This document shows positions 40,276-54,709 of a DNA stretch of 64,000 bases, piece after piece; the stretch's first letter is position 1; each line of letters opens with the position of its first letter. The translations under genes and the position numbers were made by a program. Under the pieces are notes generated by a model that did not search any database, was not told the origin of the DNA, and was given only the letters and a program-made list of their open reading frames with translations. The stretch covers positions 5,332,001-5,396,000 of the forward strand of contig OX597821.1 of assembly GCA_951406725.2 (NCBI GenBank), read 5' to 3'. The DNA comes from Octopus vulgaris. Lineage: Eukaryota.

Positions 40276-40518
40276 TAAAAAGAAATGTGAAATATAGGTG
40301 CGGTGGCCGCGGGAAGAAGGCGTTGATATTGAATTCTAATGGAGATTACCTGAGAAGATTCGAATCCGAACAACAACGACTTTGTTTCTCGGCGCAGACA
40401 AGACTTTGTGGTTACGATAGTCTCTCTACAACAACGTGCGGAATTTTTTATTGCGATTACACCACGCAGGACCTTCAGCAAGCGTCTTTAACCATGATCA
40501 TGGGTCTTCTCACGCATG
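40276..40518 (+). CDS. Candidate internal host exon (243 nt, phase 1-1, Cys-rich), product unknown
   Basis: Pyrimidine tract plus TTTACAG acceptor, ATG|GTAAGC donor, open frame, length divisible by 3, higher GC than flanks. Confidence 0.5.
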
Positions 40519-40559
40519 GTAAGCGAATTTGGTTGAGTAAAACTATACAGAAACGTTAG

Positions 40560-40900
40560 CATGCAGGCAGAATCGTTAGCAAGCAGGGCGAAATGCTTAG
40601 CGGTATTTCATCTGCCGCTACGTTCTCAGTTCAAATTCCGCCGAGGTCAACTTTGCTTTTCACCCTTTCGGGATCGATTAAATAAGTACCAGTTACGCAC
40701 TGGAGTCGATATAATCGACTTAATCCGTTTGTCTGTCCTTGTTTGTCCACTCTGTGTTTAGACCCTTGTAGGTAGTAAAGAAACAGGTACTTCGTCTGCC
40801 GTTACGTTCTGAGTTCAATTTCCGCCGAGGTCGCCTTTGTCTTTCATTCTTTCGGGGTCGATAAATTAAGTACCAGTTACGCACTGACGTCGATATCGAC
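40560..40900 (+). mobile_element. SINE family B with tandemly duplicated body
   Basis: GGCAGAATCGTTAGC head; GTTCAAATTCCGCCGAGGTC unit present twice. Confidence 0.8.
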
Positions 40901-41489
40901 GCAGAAAGGATGAAAGTTAAAGTCAACCTTGACGGAATTTGAACACAGTTCGTAAAGAGAGACGCATTGTCGCTAAGGTTTGTTTGGACGGCCTGCTAAC
41001 GATTCGGCCAGCTCACTCGCGGCCTTTACTTACGAGAAGGCTGTTCCGTTGATCGAATCATCTGGAACACTCATCGTTATAACCGACGGAGGGTCAGACC
41101 TGTATGTGTGTGTGTGTATGTGTGTGTGTGTGTGTGCCTGTGTGCCTGTGTGCCTGTGCATTTGAGTGTGTGTTTGTGTGTGTGTATGTGTGTATGCGTG
41201 AGGGGGTAGGTGTGTGTGTGTGTGCTTCTGAAAAAGGTGACAACCGGTGTTGGATCGTTTACGTCGCGAAACCTCAGTGGTTAGGCGAAAAGACCTATAG
41301 AATGAGGAGTAGCCAGTTTAAAATGTAAATATCGGAGTCGATTTCTTCAACTACATCTTTCAATGCGGCGCCCCAGCATGGCCGCAATCCAGTGAGTGCA
41401 ACGTGTAAAGTGAAAGATTTCTCTGCTACCCAATTCTTCGTTGCTTTATACATACATGCATACATACACACACACATACTAATCTCTAT

Positions 41490-41896
41490 ATTGCCCACAG
41501 GGGGCTAAATATATAGAGAACAAACAAGGACAAACAAAGGGATTAAGCCGATTATATCGACCCCAGTGCGTAACTGGTACTTATATAATCGACCCCGAAT
41601 GGATGAAAGGCAAAGTCGACCTTGGAGGAATTTGAACTCAGAACGTAACGGCAGACGAAATACCTGTTTCTTTACTACCCACAAGGGGCTAAACACAGAG
41701 GGGACAAACAGGGACAGACAAACGGATTATGTCGATTACATTGACCCCAGTGCGTAACTGGTACTTAATTTATCGACCCCGAAAGGATGAAAGGCAAAGT
41801 CGACCTCGGCTGAATTTGAGCGCAGAACGTAAGGACAGAGGAAATTCCGCTAAGCATTTCGCCCAGCGTGCTAACGTTTCTATCAGCTCGCCGCCT
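41490..41896 (-). mobile_element. SINE family B with tandemly duplicated body
   Basis: Reverse-complement homologue of 40560-40900. Confidence 0.8.
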
Positions 41897-41962
41897 TTAC
41901 ATACACACACACACACACACGTACATACATACAAATATAGATACACACACATGCATACATAC

Positions 41963-42098
<136 letters not shown>

Positions 42099-42164
42099 TA
42101 GATAGATAGATAGATAGATATATATATATATATATATATAACGATAAACGTCGCCCTTCTCAAG

Positions 42165-42428
42165 CCTCATGGGCCCGGCTACCCGATTTCTGTGGCGTAT
42201 GTGTTCCCCTCAGCTGGACGGGATGCCAGTCCATCGCAGCGTTACTCAAGACACAGGAAGAGAGAGTGAGAGATAGTTGTGGCGAAAGAGTACAACAGGG
42301 AGTCGCCACCACCCCTGCCGGAGGCTCGTGGAGCTTTTAGGTATTTTCGCTCAATAAACACAACGCCCGGTCTGAGAATCGAAACCGCTAGTCTGCTGCC
42401 CTAACCACTGAGCCATTGCGCCTCCACA
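42165..42428 (-). mobile_element. tRNA-derived SINE family D
   Basis: Minus strand: A box TGGCTCAGTGG, B-box-like GTTTCGATTC; 3' part shared with 12625-12760. Confidence 0.75.
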
Positions 42429-42629
42429 ATATATCGTGTATACCGTTGGCGATTTTTTTTTTCCTCTATCTTCCCTTCTCTGGATCTTTCCCTTTCCTAT
42501 GTTTCCGACGAAGAACTCCACTCGAAACGTTAAACCCTCCTTCTTCCCTTTTTTCCTGAGCGTCCAATAATACTTTATTTGTTCTACATCCTCGCGTCGT
42601 TGTGCTTTTTTGTGTTTTCTGGTTTGGAT

Positions 42630-42673
<44 letters not shown>

Positions 42674-43242
42674 TTATATATATATATATATTCTTAATAA
42701 ATAACAAACAAGTAAATCTGCTGTTAAGAGGATTAGGTGCTACAAGGTTACATCGACCTGGATTCAATGTTTTATAGGATATTTGGACAATAAATTGATA
42801 GAAATATGGCGTTTTGGCTTTAGATGTTTACAAGGAAACTACTCAACTGAAATGGAGCTAGCATGTCACGGCAAAAGCTTATTTATGCTCTCGCGGTTCT
42901 TTGATTGGAATTAGACAGAAATCTACTCGTTCGACTTCTGGATCATTGTTTTGAGTTATAAGTCACATTGCCGGGTTGTAAACACTTAACATGTCTTAAA
43001 TCAACAATGCCTTTCGGAATGATGCATTTCAGAAACGACAAGCAGAATTGTTATTTATTCCGTACTTGAGTGTTTGGGAATTATCTAAATAAGAATATTC
43101 TTGATGTCACTCTGCTGTTTGATTTTACCGTATTGCTAAATAGTGGTCACAGGTTCAATACCGCTGCCGAGCTTTAGGTTCCAGGTGCGTGTCTACGTGT
43201 CAGCGCTTAAATTTTGTTTTTATTTCGAGAATCAAATAACAT

Positions 43243-43273
<31 letters not shown>

Positions 43274-43415
43274 CGACGACGACGATGATGATAATGATGA
43301 TGATAACGACGATAGTAACGAAGATGTTGATGATGATGATGATGATGATGATGATGACGATGGTAACGAAGATGGTGATGATGATGATAATGATGATGAT
43401 GATGATGATGATGAT

Positions 43416-43454
<39 letters not shown>

Positions 43455-43620
43455 GATGATGACGATGACGACGATGATGATGGTGATGATGATGAAGATA
43501 ACGACGATTATGATGATGATAACGACGATGGTAACGAAGATGTTGATGATGATGATGATGATGATGATAATGATGAAGATAATGACGATGTGATGATGGT
43601 GATGATAATGATGACGAGGA
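43243..43620. repeat. (GAT)n/(GAC)n microsatellite
   Basis: Directly visible. Confidence 0.95.
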
Positions 43621-44879
43621 TAATGGAGATGGTGGTGATGATTATGGTGGTGTTGGTGTTGGTGATGTGATGAGGAGGAGGAGAGGGAAGGGGAGAGAAG
43701 GAGGAGGAGGAAGAGGATAGTTTTGTTGTTGCTGTTGCTGATCGAAAATTATTGAAATCGTCAATAACAAACTATGATGAATATCGATTAGAGCCGTAAT
43801 CATAAAACCTGTTAAGAAGTGGCTAAGTAAAAACCAACAAAAAGTATAACAACACGGTATGCAACCAGTTTATGTGACGGAGGGGTTGGCATAGTTGAGT
43901 GATTAAAACAGTCACTTCGGAACAAGTGTCTTGAGTAAGTGTCGACCATTAAAAGCCCCTCGGTCGATTAATTCCTGATGAATGAATTTACTTACATCCC
44001 CGTAACTTAGCTGTTCGACATATAAATTGTTAGAATAAGGACAAGATTTTATAGCTATGTATTGGAGTCGTTTTATCCGACTAAGCCCTTCGTGATAGTG
44101 CACCAGTATGGCCGTGGTCCAATGACTCAAAGCAGTAAAATGTAAAAAAAATAAAAGATATTACCAGTAATTATTTAGTATTTTTTTGTTTTTTCTTTGC
44201 CTTTTTTACTATTTTTGGTATATTTTCCAGACTCTTGCACCGTTATTAATCAATAAAAATAAAATGAAATACAAACAAAATCTGATCAGTATCAAACCTT
44301 TTAGAATAAACCAATCAATCACTATCTCGTATGTAGCAATTCAGCAACCCCAATTTACAGTTCCATTTTCATCGGTAATTGCTTTGAAAAAATAAATAAA
44401 TAAATAAATAAATAAATAAGTAAATGAATGAATGAATGAACAATGAAACGCTGAAATGAAAGACCGAAGGCAATTTGCTTCCTTGCATACCGACGACTTT
44501 TATACGATGTCTGATCAATATGTATCCGGACCGTCAGCATAGTAACGAAGATGAAGCAAGCAGAATGAAGCCGCTTGGCTCAGATTGACTGCGTAAGCTA
44601 CTGCGCATGCGCACAAAGTTCTAATGTTCTAGCTCACTTCCGCTTTTCACAGCAGTATTTTGAAGGAAGGTGTGTAGCGTGTGATCGTCGCATTGACCAT
44701 GACATAGAAAGTTGTCATGGCGATACCCAAGACATACAAAAATGAGTTCGTGATGTACTTATCAATCCATCAAGAGTTAAGAGCGGAAGGCAATATTTTC
44801 TGCTATACTTTGTGATTAATTAGCAAAATTGCATGATTCAACAATTATACAAGATTTTACTAACCTAGGGATCGTTTGA

Positions 44880-45170
44880 AAGCCGTGAAATCACTTTTGT
44901 CCTTTATGTGTGTCTGGTACGATACGATGCTGAAGAGAGCAGGGCCAATTCAGGTGAAATAGTTCTGTCATAGTGTTGTGATACGACACGAACATTTCTG
45001 TAGTGGACGGATAGCACGGGGGCCAAGCCTCGGACGAATTTTAAAGATGGGCAATGTTGCTGGAATATTCTCCAAATCATACAGATGATATGAAGCTGAC
45101 AACGGCGGTGGAGGGAGCATAGCCTGAGCTTTACGAGTCGATCCCAATAGTCAAGGCTTGTCATGTCATC
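44880..45170 (-). pseudogene. CR1-like LINE ORF2 C-terminal remnant
   Basis: LDYWDRLVKLRLCSLHRR...IICMIWRI matches the Y.ERL..L.L.SL.RRR motif. Confidence 0.7.
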
Positions 45171-45436
45171 CTCCGCAGACTTCCGCCAAGTAGCTCATTT
45201 TAAGATAGATAGGAGAGTAAAATTACTAATAGAGAAACGAAAATAAACTTTGGGAACAGCAACGCCACCATAGGTTACGTGGAAACGATGAACGTGTTTC
45301 AAGGGAGATAATCAAAGAACGTAACAATGTAATACTTCATGTAAATTAAATATAACAAATGAAAAATCCTTAAAAAATCCATAAAAATCATCGGATCACT
45401 ACCAAAATTTCATCATCTGTTCCTTGTGTCATTACA

Positions 45437-45630
45437 CTCCAGCCTTCTTCGGGTGTCTCGGGGAAATTTCAAACCTGGGTTCTTATTTCCCCAAGACACC
45501 TGAAGAAGGCTGGAGGGTATATCAGCCGAAACGTGGTATTAACAATAAACAAGATGGGGATAAATATCTGTCGAATGTAAATAATGAAAATAATGAACAT
45601 AATTCCTCATCGCTTAAATATAGAACTGTA
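45437..45630 (+). mobile_element. Hammerhead-like repeat with short 5' inversion (same family as 60335-60520)
   Basis: ACAC CTGAAGA A GGCTG-loop-CAGCC GAAA CGT; 45437-45484 is an inverted copy of family sequence. Confidence 0.6.
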
Positions 45631-45854
45631 AGCCCTCCGATGTGTGGACATGGCCTGATGTAAAGTCAACCAATACGTTGTCCGGGCCTTGTGTCTTAAG
45701 AGTGAGCGTGAGACTAGTAGACCAAACCGTAAATAAACTAACAGAAGGCATCGGTAAACCATTGTTGCATCGTCCTTAAGAAAAATCATGATTTTTTCTA
45801 ATTTTGGCATGGACTTGATGGCCGACGTCTGGAGACAAGACACATGAAAACAGT

Positions 45855-45893
<39 letters not shown>

Positions 45894-46699
45894 CATACAG
45901 ACAGAGACAGACAAACAGACAGTATATGGGGCTTCCTTTATACCGTCCGTCTATTTTGAAAACTGTGTGGTTTATAATTTGCCTACTATCATTGTAACAG
46001 TTTCAGCGATGACTTAGAGACTCCATCCCAGACACTGAAAACGTTTTTGGTGCCTGATTCCAAGCGATAACAAAGAAAATAGGCAACCTGTTTAAATATA
46101 TATTTCAATACGTAAATTAGATTCGATTCACTCAACAATATATTTCCAAAAACAATATATTCTCCATAAGAAAAGTATAGAAAATCAAAAATATATCCCA
46201 GAATACAATGCTGTATCTAAATCAATTCCAATTTCTACTCGTTCCCTAAATTCCCAAGATAACATTTTGCTAAAATCCCATAAAACTCTGCTATATTACA
46301 TTTCGTTGAGGTCTTCTCTATATTATATTGTCTGCTTTGCTGTTGTTGTTATTGTTTTTTATATTAATGTTGTTGTTGTTGGTGGTGATGGCGGTGGTTG
46401 GTTGCTTTATTAATCTCTTATTCTTCCATATTTCGTTTATAAAAAAAAAACCTATTAAATGGTTTCCTCTAAACAACAAATGGACTATTATGGCTGCTAC
46501 CAACAGTATTTTACTGTTAAATTGGTCTCTGCTGTGGGAGAAAACACACAACCACCAACCCACACACCTGCACACAAGTTTATTATATGTGTGTGAGTGT
46601 ATATACATATGCATCTATATAACTATAGCTACATTTTGTATATACACACATGTATACATACACACAAACATATATGTGTATACATATATATACACACAC

Positions 46700-46780
<81 letters not shown>

Positions 46781-47516
46781 CATACATACATACATACATA
46801 CATACATACATACATACATACATACATACATACATACATAGACATACTTATATGCATATATTCACATATATATACAGATATATATGTGTGTGTGTGGGTG
46901 TATAGAAATATGCATGTATATGGATATGGCTGTATCTATGTATAGATGTAGACACACACATATACATATATACATACAAACAAAATGTCCGTTCATACGA
47001 TCGAATGAATCCACAATTAAAGATGTCAATGTGTAAAACCAGACGAGATGGAGATTATATTCAATACTCTCACTGCTAGATGCTCGATGAACCTACTAGA
47101 AATAGCAGCCAAATTTATCAAACCAAAACTACCTTCTTTAAGATAAAAACGAAAGACTGGATAATATAAGTAGGGGATGATTTTATCGCTTACTGAGGGG
47201 GAATTACATTGTCCTCGGCTTCAACAAGGTCTTGGATGAAGGTCATCACTCTCCACGCGAAGATCTGGTGCAAATATCTACGTCAGAGTGGATCCGAATG
47301 TAGGCAACTAAGAAGGATTTGGTTGCCTTTAATGTGGTGGGGAATTAGTTCTGAATGAATAATTACAGTCGATAGACATTTGGCTTGAATTAGTGGAATG
47401 ATCTACTCCTGAATTCATTTTAAGCATTTGCGCCTTCCACTGACACATGAAGACTTAACGTAATTCTAAAACGTAAAGGATGTGACACAATAAGTCTGTT
47501 AAAGGCTGCTTGTGAG

Positions 47517-47840
47517 GGCGCGTGGCTTAGTGGTTAGGGCATTCGGCTCATGATCGTAAGGTTGTGAGTTCGATTCCCGGCGACGCGTTGTGTCCTTGAG
47601 CAAGACACTTTATTTCACGTTGCTCCAGTCCACTCAGCTGGCAAAAATGAGTTGTACTTGTATTTCAAAGGGTCAGCCTTGTCACTCTCTGTGTCACGCT
47701 GATTATCCCCGAGAACTACGTTAAGGGTACACGTGTCTGTGGAATGCTCAGCCATTTGCACGTTAATTTCACGAGCAAGCTGTTCCGTTGATCGTATCAG
47801 CTGGGACCCTCGTCGTCGTAACCGGCGGAGTCTTTTTTTT
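47517..47840 (+). mobile_element. Full-length tRNA-derived SINE family C with target-site duplication
   Basis: A box TGGCTTAGTGG, B box GAGTTCGATTCC, T-rich tail; TSD TTAAAGGCTGCTT at 47499-47511 and 47841-47853. Confidence 0.88.
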
Positions 47841-48145
47841 TTAAAGGCTGCTTACGAGAGGATTTCGCAGTGCTGTTTTGGTACCCGCTATTGAACGTCG
47901 TTGATTGGATGAGAGAGAGAGAGAGACAGAGAGACAGACAGACAGACAGACAGAGAGAGCAAGAGAATATAAAGAGAGAGACGAGATGTACGATGTAAAA
48001 GTTTGTTTCACCAACTGAAATCCATAACTGCGAATGTTTTCCGCAGCCTTTATCATATAAAAAAATGTATTTTATTGTACAATAAAACTATGTGGTTCCT
48101 AGCCTGATCCATTAGAACACCATTTATATCCATATATGGAATATG

Positions 48146-48252
<107 letters not shown>

Positions 48253-48856
48253 AGGTGTAAAGCGAGCTTAATTTGTAGGTATATATATATATACAATATG
48301 CTACTTTTGCACACATACGGTCTCAGATTCAGTCCTGCTGTGCGGTATCTTGAGCAAGAGTATTCAAGAGTTTGATTATCTGAGTCTATGTACAAATCCG
48401 TCGTATATATGTAAGTTTGTGAGCGCATGCGCACTCGTATATGTGTGTACGTGCGTATGTGATTATGCGCGTCTCCCTTTGCATCTTTGTCCCTTCAACA
48501 TCGCCTGTAAACCGGTTTCAAAACCAGTTTTCAAGAGGTTTCAAAAACAAAACCTAGGGTCGATTTGTTCGACTACATTCTTCCACACGGTGCTCCAGCA
48601 TGACCGCAGCCCAATGACTAAAACAAATAAAAGAAAAATATATTGATGGATCTAAATTTCAGTTTATGTGCACTCTGCATGTTTCTAATGATTAGGACTG
48701 TTATGTCGATTAAAGTGAATCTGCCATTAAAATATTAATCATCAAATGAATGATTTTATCTACTTCAGCTCACGTTTCAAAATATATTATCGCCATTAAT
48801 ATCATGACGTGTCGCGCGTGTACTTACCATTACCAAGTCAAGGGTTTTATATATAT

Positions 48857-48909
<53 letters not shown>

Positions 48910-49019
48910 AGCAATAATACATCTCTGGGTTACAAGTTACAGCAGCATCCACCCTTAAGGGTTATCCACATTTAAGTGGCAAGTATACCTTATACATATA
49001 TATATTTATATATTATCAA

Positions 49020-50343
49020 GTTCCAGCACATGAGCTATGCCCATGCTGGGGCACCTCCATTCGGTGTTGCTACATGATTTTACTTCACGAATGCTTTTTA
49101 GCAATTGACATTTGGTGTATGAGAGAGTTTGATGCAGCTGCCCTCATCTGCACCTCCTGCTGTGAGGTTGGTTCATCTGGGACATCTGAGAGGAAGAGAT
49201 CCAGTTTTATTTTAAAGACATCTGCATCCACCCCATGCATGACTCTCAGGTTCTTCGGGAGGATATTGAAGAGCTGCGGACTTCTGAAGCCCAGGCTATC
49301 ACAATATCTTGTCCTACATCTTGATGGCAAATTTGGAGTCCTTGGTACTATGCAGTGGCGCCCAGTTCTAGCATTTGTGTAACTCTCGATGCTAAAGTTT
49401 GGGACAAGTCCTTCCAGGATCTTCCAGATGTATATTATGGCATATCTTTCTCGCCTACGCTCTAAGGATTAGAGTCTTAATGTCTTGAGTTTCCCATTAG
49501 CTTATGTTGCACGTGTAGCTTCGTTGGATCTCCACAAGTTCTGTGATTAACTTGACACTGGTTGGTGACCAAAGCTGAGAGCAATAGTCAAAGAGGCTTA
49601 GGACAAGTGTCCTCCAGAGGACCATCATGGTTTCCTGGTCTCTTGTTCTAAAAGCTCTAAGAATCCATTCGGTCAGCCGCCTACATTTCATTGCCAATTT
49701 AGCAACATGCACATGAAAGGTTGCATCATTACTCATGTAAATACCCAGGTCTCGCACTGATTGTGCCTCTGGGATTGCAATCCCTCCAGGTCCAGTGTAT
49801 TTATTGGGTATTGCATTTAGTTTTGCATGCTGATAACATAAAGCTTGAAACTCTTCAGCATTGAACTGCATGCTATTCTTTTCAGCCCACTTGTATATTT
49901 TGTCCAGGTCACATTGCAGGTGCATAGTGTCTTCAGGGTTCTGTATTACCTGTGAAACTTTTGTATCATCAGCATAATTTGTGATCGTGGCTCTCTCTCT
50001 GTGTTTGCGGGTATATCTAAGCAGGCCATTTTGAACAGCAGTGGTCCCAAAACAGTGCCTTCCAGAACACCGCTCACTATTTGCGTGTTATTGGAGGTGG
50101 CCCTATTGGCTAGTACCACCTGACTTCCATCCTTCAGAGAGTCATGAAGCCATTCTCCCAATTTTCCAACTATGCCAAGATTACGCAGTTTGTGACATAT
50201 CAGTCCATGATCGATTTTATCAAAGGCCTTTGCAAAGTCGAGATATATGACTCTTCCACATTTGAGTGGTTGAGCAGTTGTTTCAGCACCCAGTCATAGT
50301 GTTGTAGGAGCTGAGTTAGGCAGCTTCTTCCTGGTCGGAAACC

Positions 50344-50346
<3 letters not shown>
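49020..50346 (-). pseudogene. CR1-like LINE reverse transcriptase remnant (5'-truncated, frameshifted)
   Basis: YGFRPGRSCLTQLL, DFAKAFDKIDH, SGVLEGTVLGPLLF, YADDTK, LQCDLDKIYKWA, RDLGI, DYCSQLWSP motifs occur in order. Confidence 0.92.
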
Positions 50347-50404
<58 letters not shown>

Positions 50405-50410
50405 TATATA

Positions 50411-50647
50411 GGCGTAGGAGTAGCTGTGGTAAGTAGCTTTGTTACGAACTACATAGTTCCGGTTTCAGTCCCACTGCGTGGCACCTTGGGCAAGTGTCTT
50501 CTACTATAGCCTGGGTCCAACCTAAGCCTTGTGAGGGTATTTGGTAAACTGAAACTGAAAGAAGCCCGTCGTATATATGTATATGTATATATCTATATGT
50601 GGGTATGTGTGTGTTTGTGTGTCTGTGTTTGTCACCCCAACATCGCT
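50411..50647 (+). mobile_element. SINE family A, 5' part
   Basis: GGCGTAGGAGTAGCTGTGGTAAG..CCTTGGGCAAGTGTCTTCTACTATAGCC. Confidence 0.78.
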
Positions 50648-50958
50648 TGTTATATTTTTTTTTAGCAAATAAGCAACTCTTTGTATTAATTTTTACGGTT
50701 CATAGGATCATAGTCAAGGTAGCTTCGTCATTCATACGTGCCATCCTTGCTACATTCTCTCTTTTTCAAAACATTCACTAGACAAAACTTGCCTCTCTAC
50801 ACTCACTTTCCTTTTCAAGTGATACTTGAAGAAATTGATGAGAGATTGACCAGAGAGGAAAGTGTTTGTCTCTAATCATTTCAGGCGCGTCCACCAGATA
50901 CATTCTTTCGCCATAGCCACAAGTATGATAAAAATGGCTCTTCCTTCCCGTTTGAAGG

Positions 50959-51202
<244 letters not shown>

Positions 51203-51771
51203 ATGAAACCTACTGGGAAATAATGTTGCAAAAAAAAATATCGATTATTTGTAAACATTGTCCTTCGGTGTAGTCGTTCATTTTGTCTGACAATATGTCG
51301 AGATTTATTTTATATTTGACTTTATAACATCGTGTATTACAGCTTTCTGGTTGGTTAGTTCACAATGTATATGATGTTAGTGTATGGTTTTAATGTTTAT
51401 ATGTGGCCCTATTTATTTATGCATGTGCGCTACTGGTTATTACATAAACATTCGTGACATCCTATAAAAAGTGGATGTGTATGAGTATGTGCATATATTA
51501 AAAGATTTATAATACGTCATCACCGTCGTCATCATCATCATCCTCATTGTTATTATTATTATTAATATTTTTATCATTATTATTTTATTATTGTTATTCT
51601 TATTATTAATGCGGTGAGCTGGTAGAATCGTTAGCGGCATTTGATCTGCCGCTACGTTCTGCGTTCAGATTCCTTTTGGGGTCGATTAATAAAGTACCAG
51701 TGAAACACTGGAGTCGATGTAATCGATTAGACCCCTCCCATTAAATTTCAGGCCTTGTGCCTTTAGCAGAA

Positions 51772-51825
<54 letters not shown>

Positions 51826-51842
51826 ATTATTATTATCATCAT

Positions 51843-51933
<91 letters not shown>

Positions 51934-52009
51934 ATTACTCTTTTACTCTTTTACTTGTTTCAGTCATTTGACTGCGGCCATGCTGGAGCACCACCTTTCT
52001 GGTTGGTTA

Positions 52010-52040
<31 letters not shown>

Positions 52041-52824
52041 TATCATTATTATTTAATCTGGCGAATTGGCAGGATCGTTAGCATGCCGGGCAAGTGTTTA
52101 GTTGCATTTCGTCCGTCTTTAGGATCTGAGTTCAAATTCCGCCCACGTCCACTTTGCCTTTCATCCTTTCGTGGTCGATAAAATAAGTTAACAGTTGATC
52201 ACTGACTGAGGGTGATGTAATCGACGCCCCACCCCCCGCACCCAAATTATCATGTTCTGTAATAACCGTAGAAAATATAATTATTATCATTATTAAGGCG
52301 GCGAGCTGGCGGAATTGTTAGCACTATGTTTAATGACATTTCATCTGTCTTTACTTCCTGAGTTTTGACTTCGCAGTTCGTCGAGATCCACTTTGCCTTT
52401 CATCCTTTCTGGATCGATAAATAAGTACCAGTCAAGTAAAAGGTTCGATGTAATCGATTCATTCCATGCCCCAAAATTTTAAGCTTTGTGAGAATGGATT
52501 GAACACACTTTGTTGCATAATACAACAATCGTTTCATCACGTTTCAGTTTAGTAGTAGATTGTTGCAGAAATATCATATAATAATGCATCTAATCTTTAC
52601 TTTAGCAATATCAATAACTGTTGATTCTCCAGATATAAGCATAAACGGTTTGCTAAACCATATCTTATTCCACAAAATATATATCTCACATTGATTCTAG
52701 TAGGATCATTTCATTAGCATTTCAAAGTTAATTGAAGAAAACAAATACTATTAGATTGTTAACCACAAATCCAGTTCAACAGATGAATAAAACAAAAAAA
52801 TCAAAGAAAAATATGCTAAAGGTA

Positions 52825-53226
52825 GATGTGTGCTAAGTAGCTTGTTTACCAACCACATGTTTCCGGGTTCAGCTCCACTGCGTGGCACCTTGGGCGAGTG
52901 TCTTCTACTATAGCCTCGAGCTGACCAAAGCCTTGTGAGTGGATTTGGTAGACGGAAACTGAAAGACGCCCGTCGTATATATGTATATATATATGTGCGT
53001 GTATGTGTTTGTGTGTCTGTGTTTGTCCCCCTAGCATTGCTTGACAACCGATGCTGGTGTGTTTATGTCCCCGTCACTTAGCGGTTCGGCAAAAAGAGAC
53101 CGATAGAATAAGTACTGGGCTTACAAAGAATAAGTCCCGGGGTCGAGTTGCTCGATTAAAGGTGGTGCTCCAGCATGGCCGCAGTGAAATGACTGAAACA
53201 GGTAAAAGAGAGTAAAAAGAGAGTAA
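52825..53226 (+). mobile_element. SINE family A, near full length
   Basis: Complete body and GTAAAAGAG-type tail. Confidence 0.85.
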
Positions 53227-54221
53227 ATAAACAGATAAAGTATATGACTTAACTGACCCTATCTCTTAATATTCAATGTCTCCCCTAACGTCAGTTAGTC
53301 ATTTGAGCGCCATAGTTCAGTATGATATCGCCTTCTTTTTTTCAGAGCTGTCCTTCACCTCAAACTGAGCTATAACTGAATCGCTATCTCATTACGTCTA
53401 TAGTTCATATAATAACACGATGTGCTTGTATTGAAGATGTAAGCCACTAAAGCTGGTAAATAAACATTACGTACAGTGATTCGGGAATTTGAAATCATCT
53501 TCCATTCACACGCGCGCGAACACATACACTCACTCTCACATTTACACACACACACACTCACACATCATATATATATATACAAATACACACGCATACAGAC
53601 ACATACACATGCAAAGAAATACGCTATTAATAAGATGATGCATACTAAGGTAAAATTCTCACTGTCCTGTTCTTGTTACCACTTTCAACCTCCGCAAAAA
53701 CTTTGATTTAATTTGCTTTGCGGGAAGGATTGTTTCAGGAGTAGATGAAACAGGTACAACTGATGAAAGGGGAATATTCTTTATGTTGCATGTCTCATTT
53801 CTGTGTTTGTGTTTTCGTTGCTCGAAAAAAAAAGTTCGTTTTCTATGCTTTTGTTTTTACATTTTGGTTTCTGATTATGTTCAAGTTTTTTGATGTCCTG
53901 TAACCATATATGCATGTATATATACATATATATGTCGCTATGTACATATATGTATGTATATATGCATATATCAATATATTATTTATATTATATATATATA
54001 TATCATATATATACATATATATATATATATGTATATACATATATATATACGTATATATATATTTGCATATAATTGTCACTAAATATGACTAGGGTGTTAA
54101 AAAATACCTACATTCCTAAAGATAAGAGCTAAAATGTTCTAATTCTGTAGTTAAAGCACATGAATGAAATCATATACACAAACAGGAACAATAATTGTCC
54201 GAAAAATGCAGACCAACAAGT

Positions 54222-54273
54222 CTTAAGACTAACGCGTCAGTTTCGCTAATTTCCGTTGCCACCATCAGTTAAG
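54222..54273 (-). ncRNA. Degenerate type I hammerhead ribozyme
   Basis: CTTAA CTGATGG TGGCAACGGAAATTAGC GAAA CTGACGCGTTAG TC TTAAG; one core mismatch. Confidence 0.6.
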
Positions 54274-54709
54274 CCAGCTCGGTTTTCGGCTATTTCCGCA
54301 CCTGTTTCCCTATTAGCTATATGTTTTCGTCATCCAAATTAATGGTTGATTTAACGATTCGCTAATGTGTAAACACAAGATTAATGTAAACAGCAATGAT
54401 GGCAACGGAAATTGCCGAAACTGACGCGTTAGTCTCAAAAGTTCGCGGTCGGTATTTTTTGGACAATTATGGGCTCTGTTTGTGTATGTTTTCACTCATG
54501 TGTGTTAACTACAACATTACAGCATTTTAGCTCTTACCTCTAGCAATGTAGATGTTTACTAACAGCCTAGTCACATTTAGTGACAATATAATTCTGCTTT
54601 TTGGTGAAGCATTGGAACCTGCTTTTTACATTAATTTTGTGTATATACATTAGCGAATCGCTAATACTAATAGAGAAACAGGTCCGGAAATAGCAGAATA
54701 CCGAGCTGT

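Noticed and set aside
47517-47590. tRNA gene (CAT anticodon-like loop)
   Set aside because: It continues into a SINE body with TSDs and the acceptor stem does not close, so it is a SINE head.
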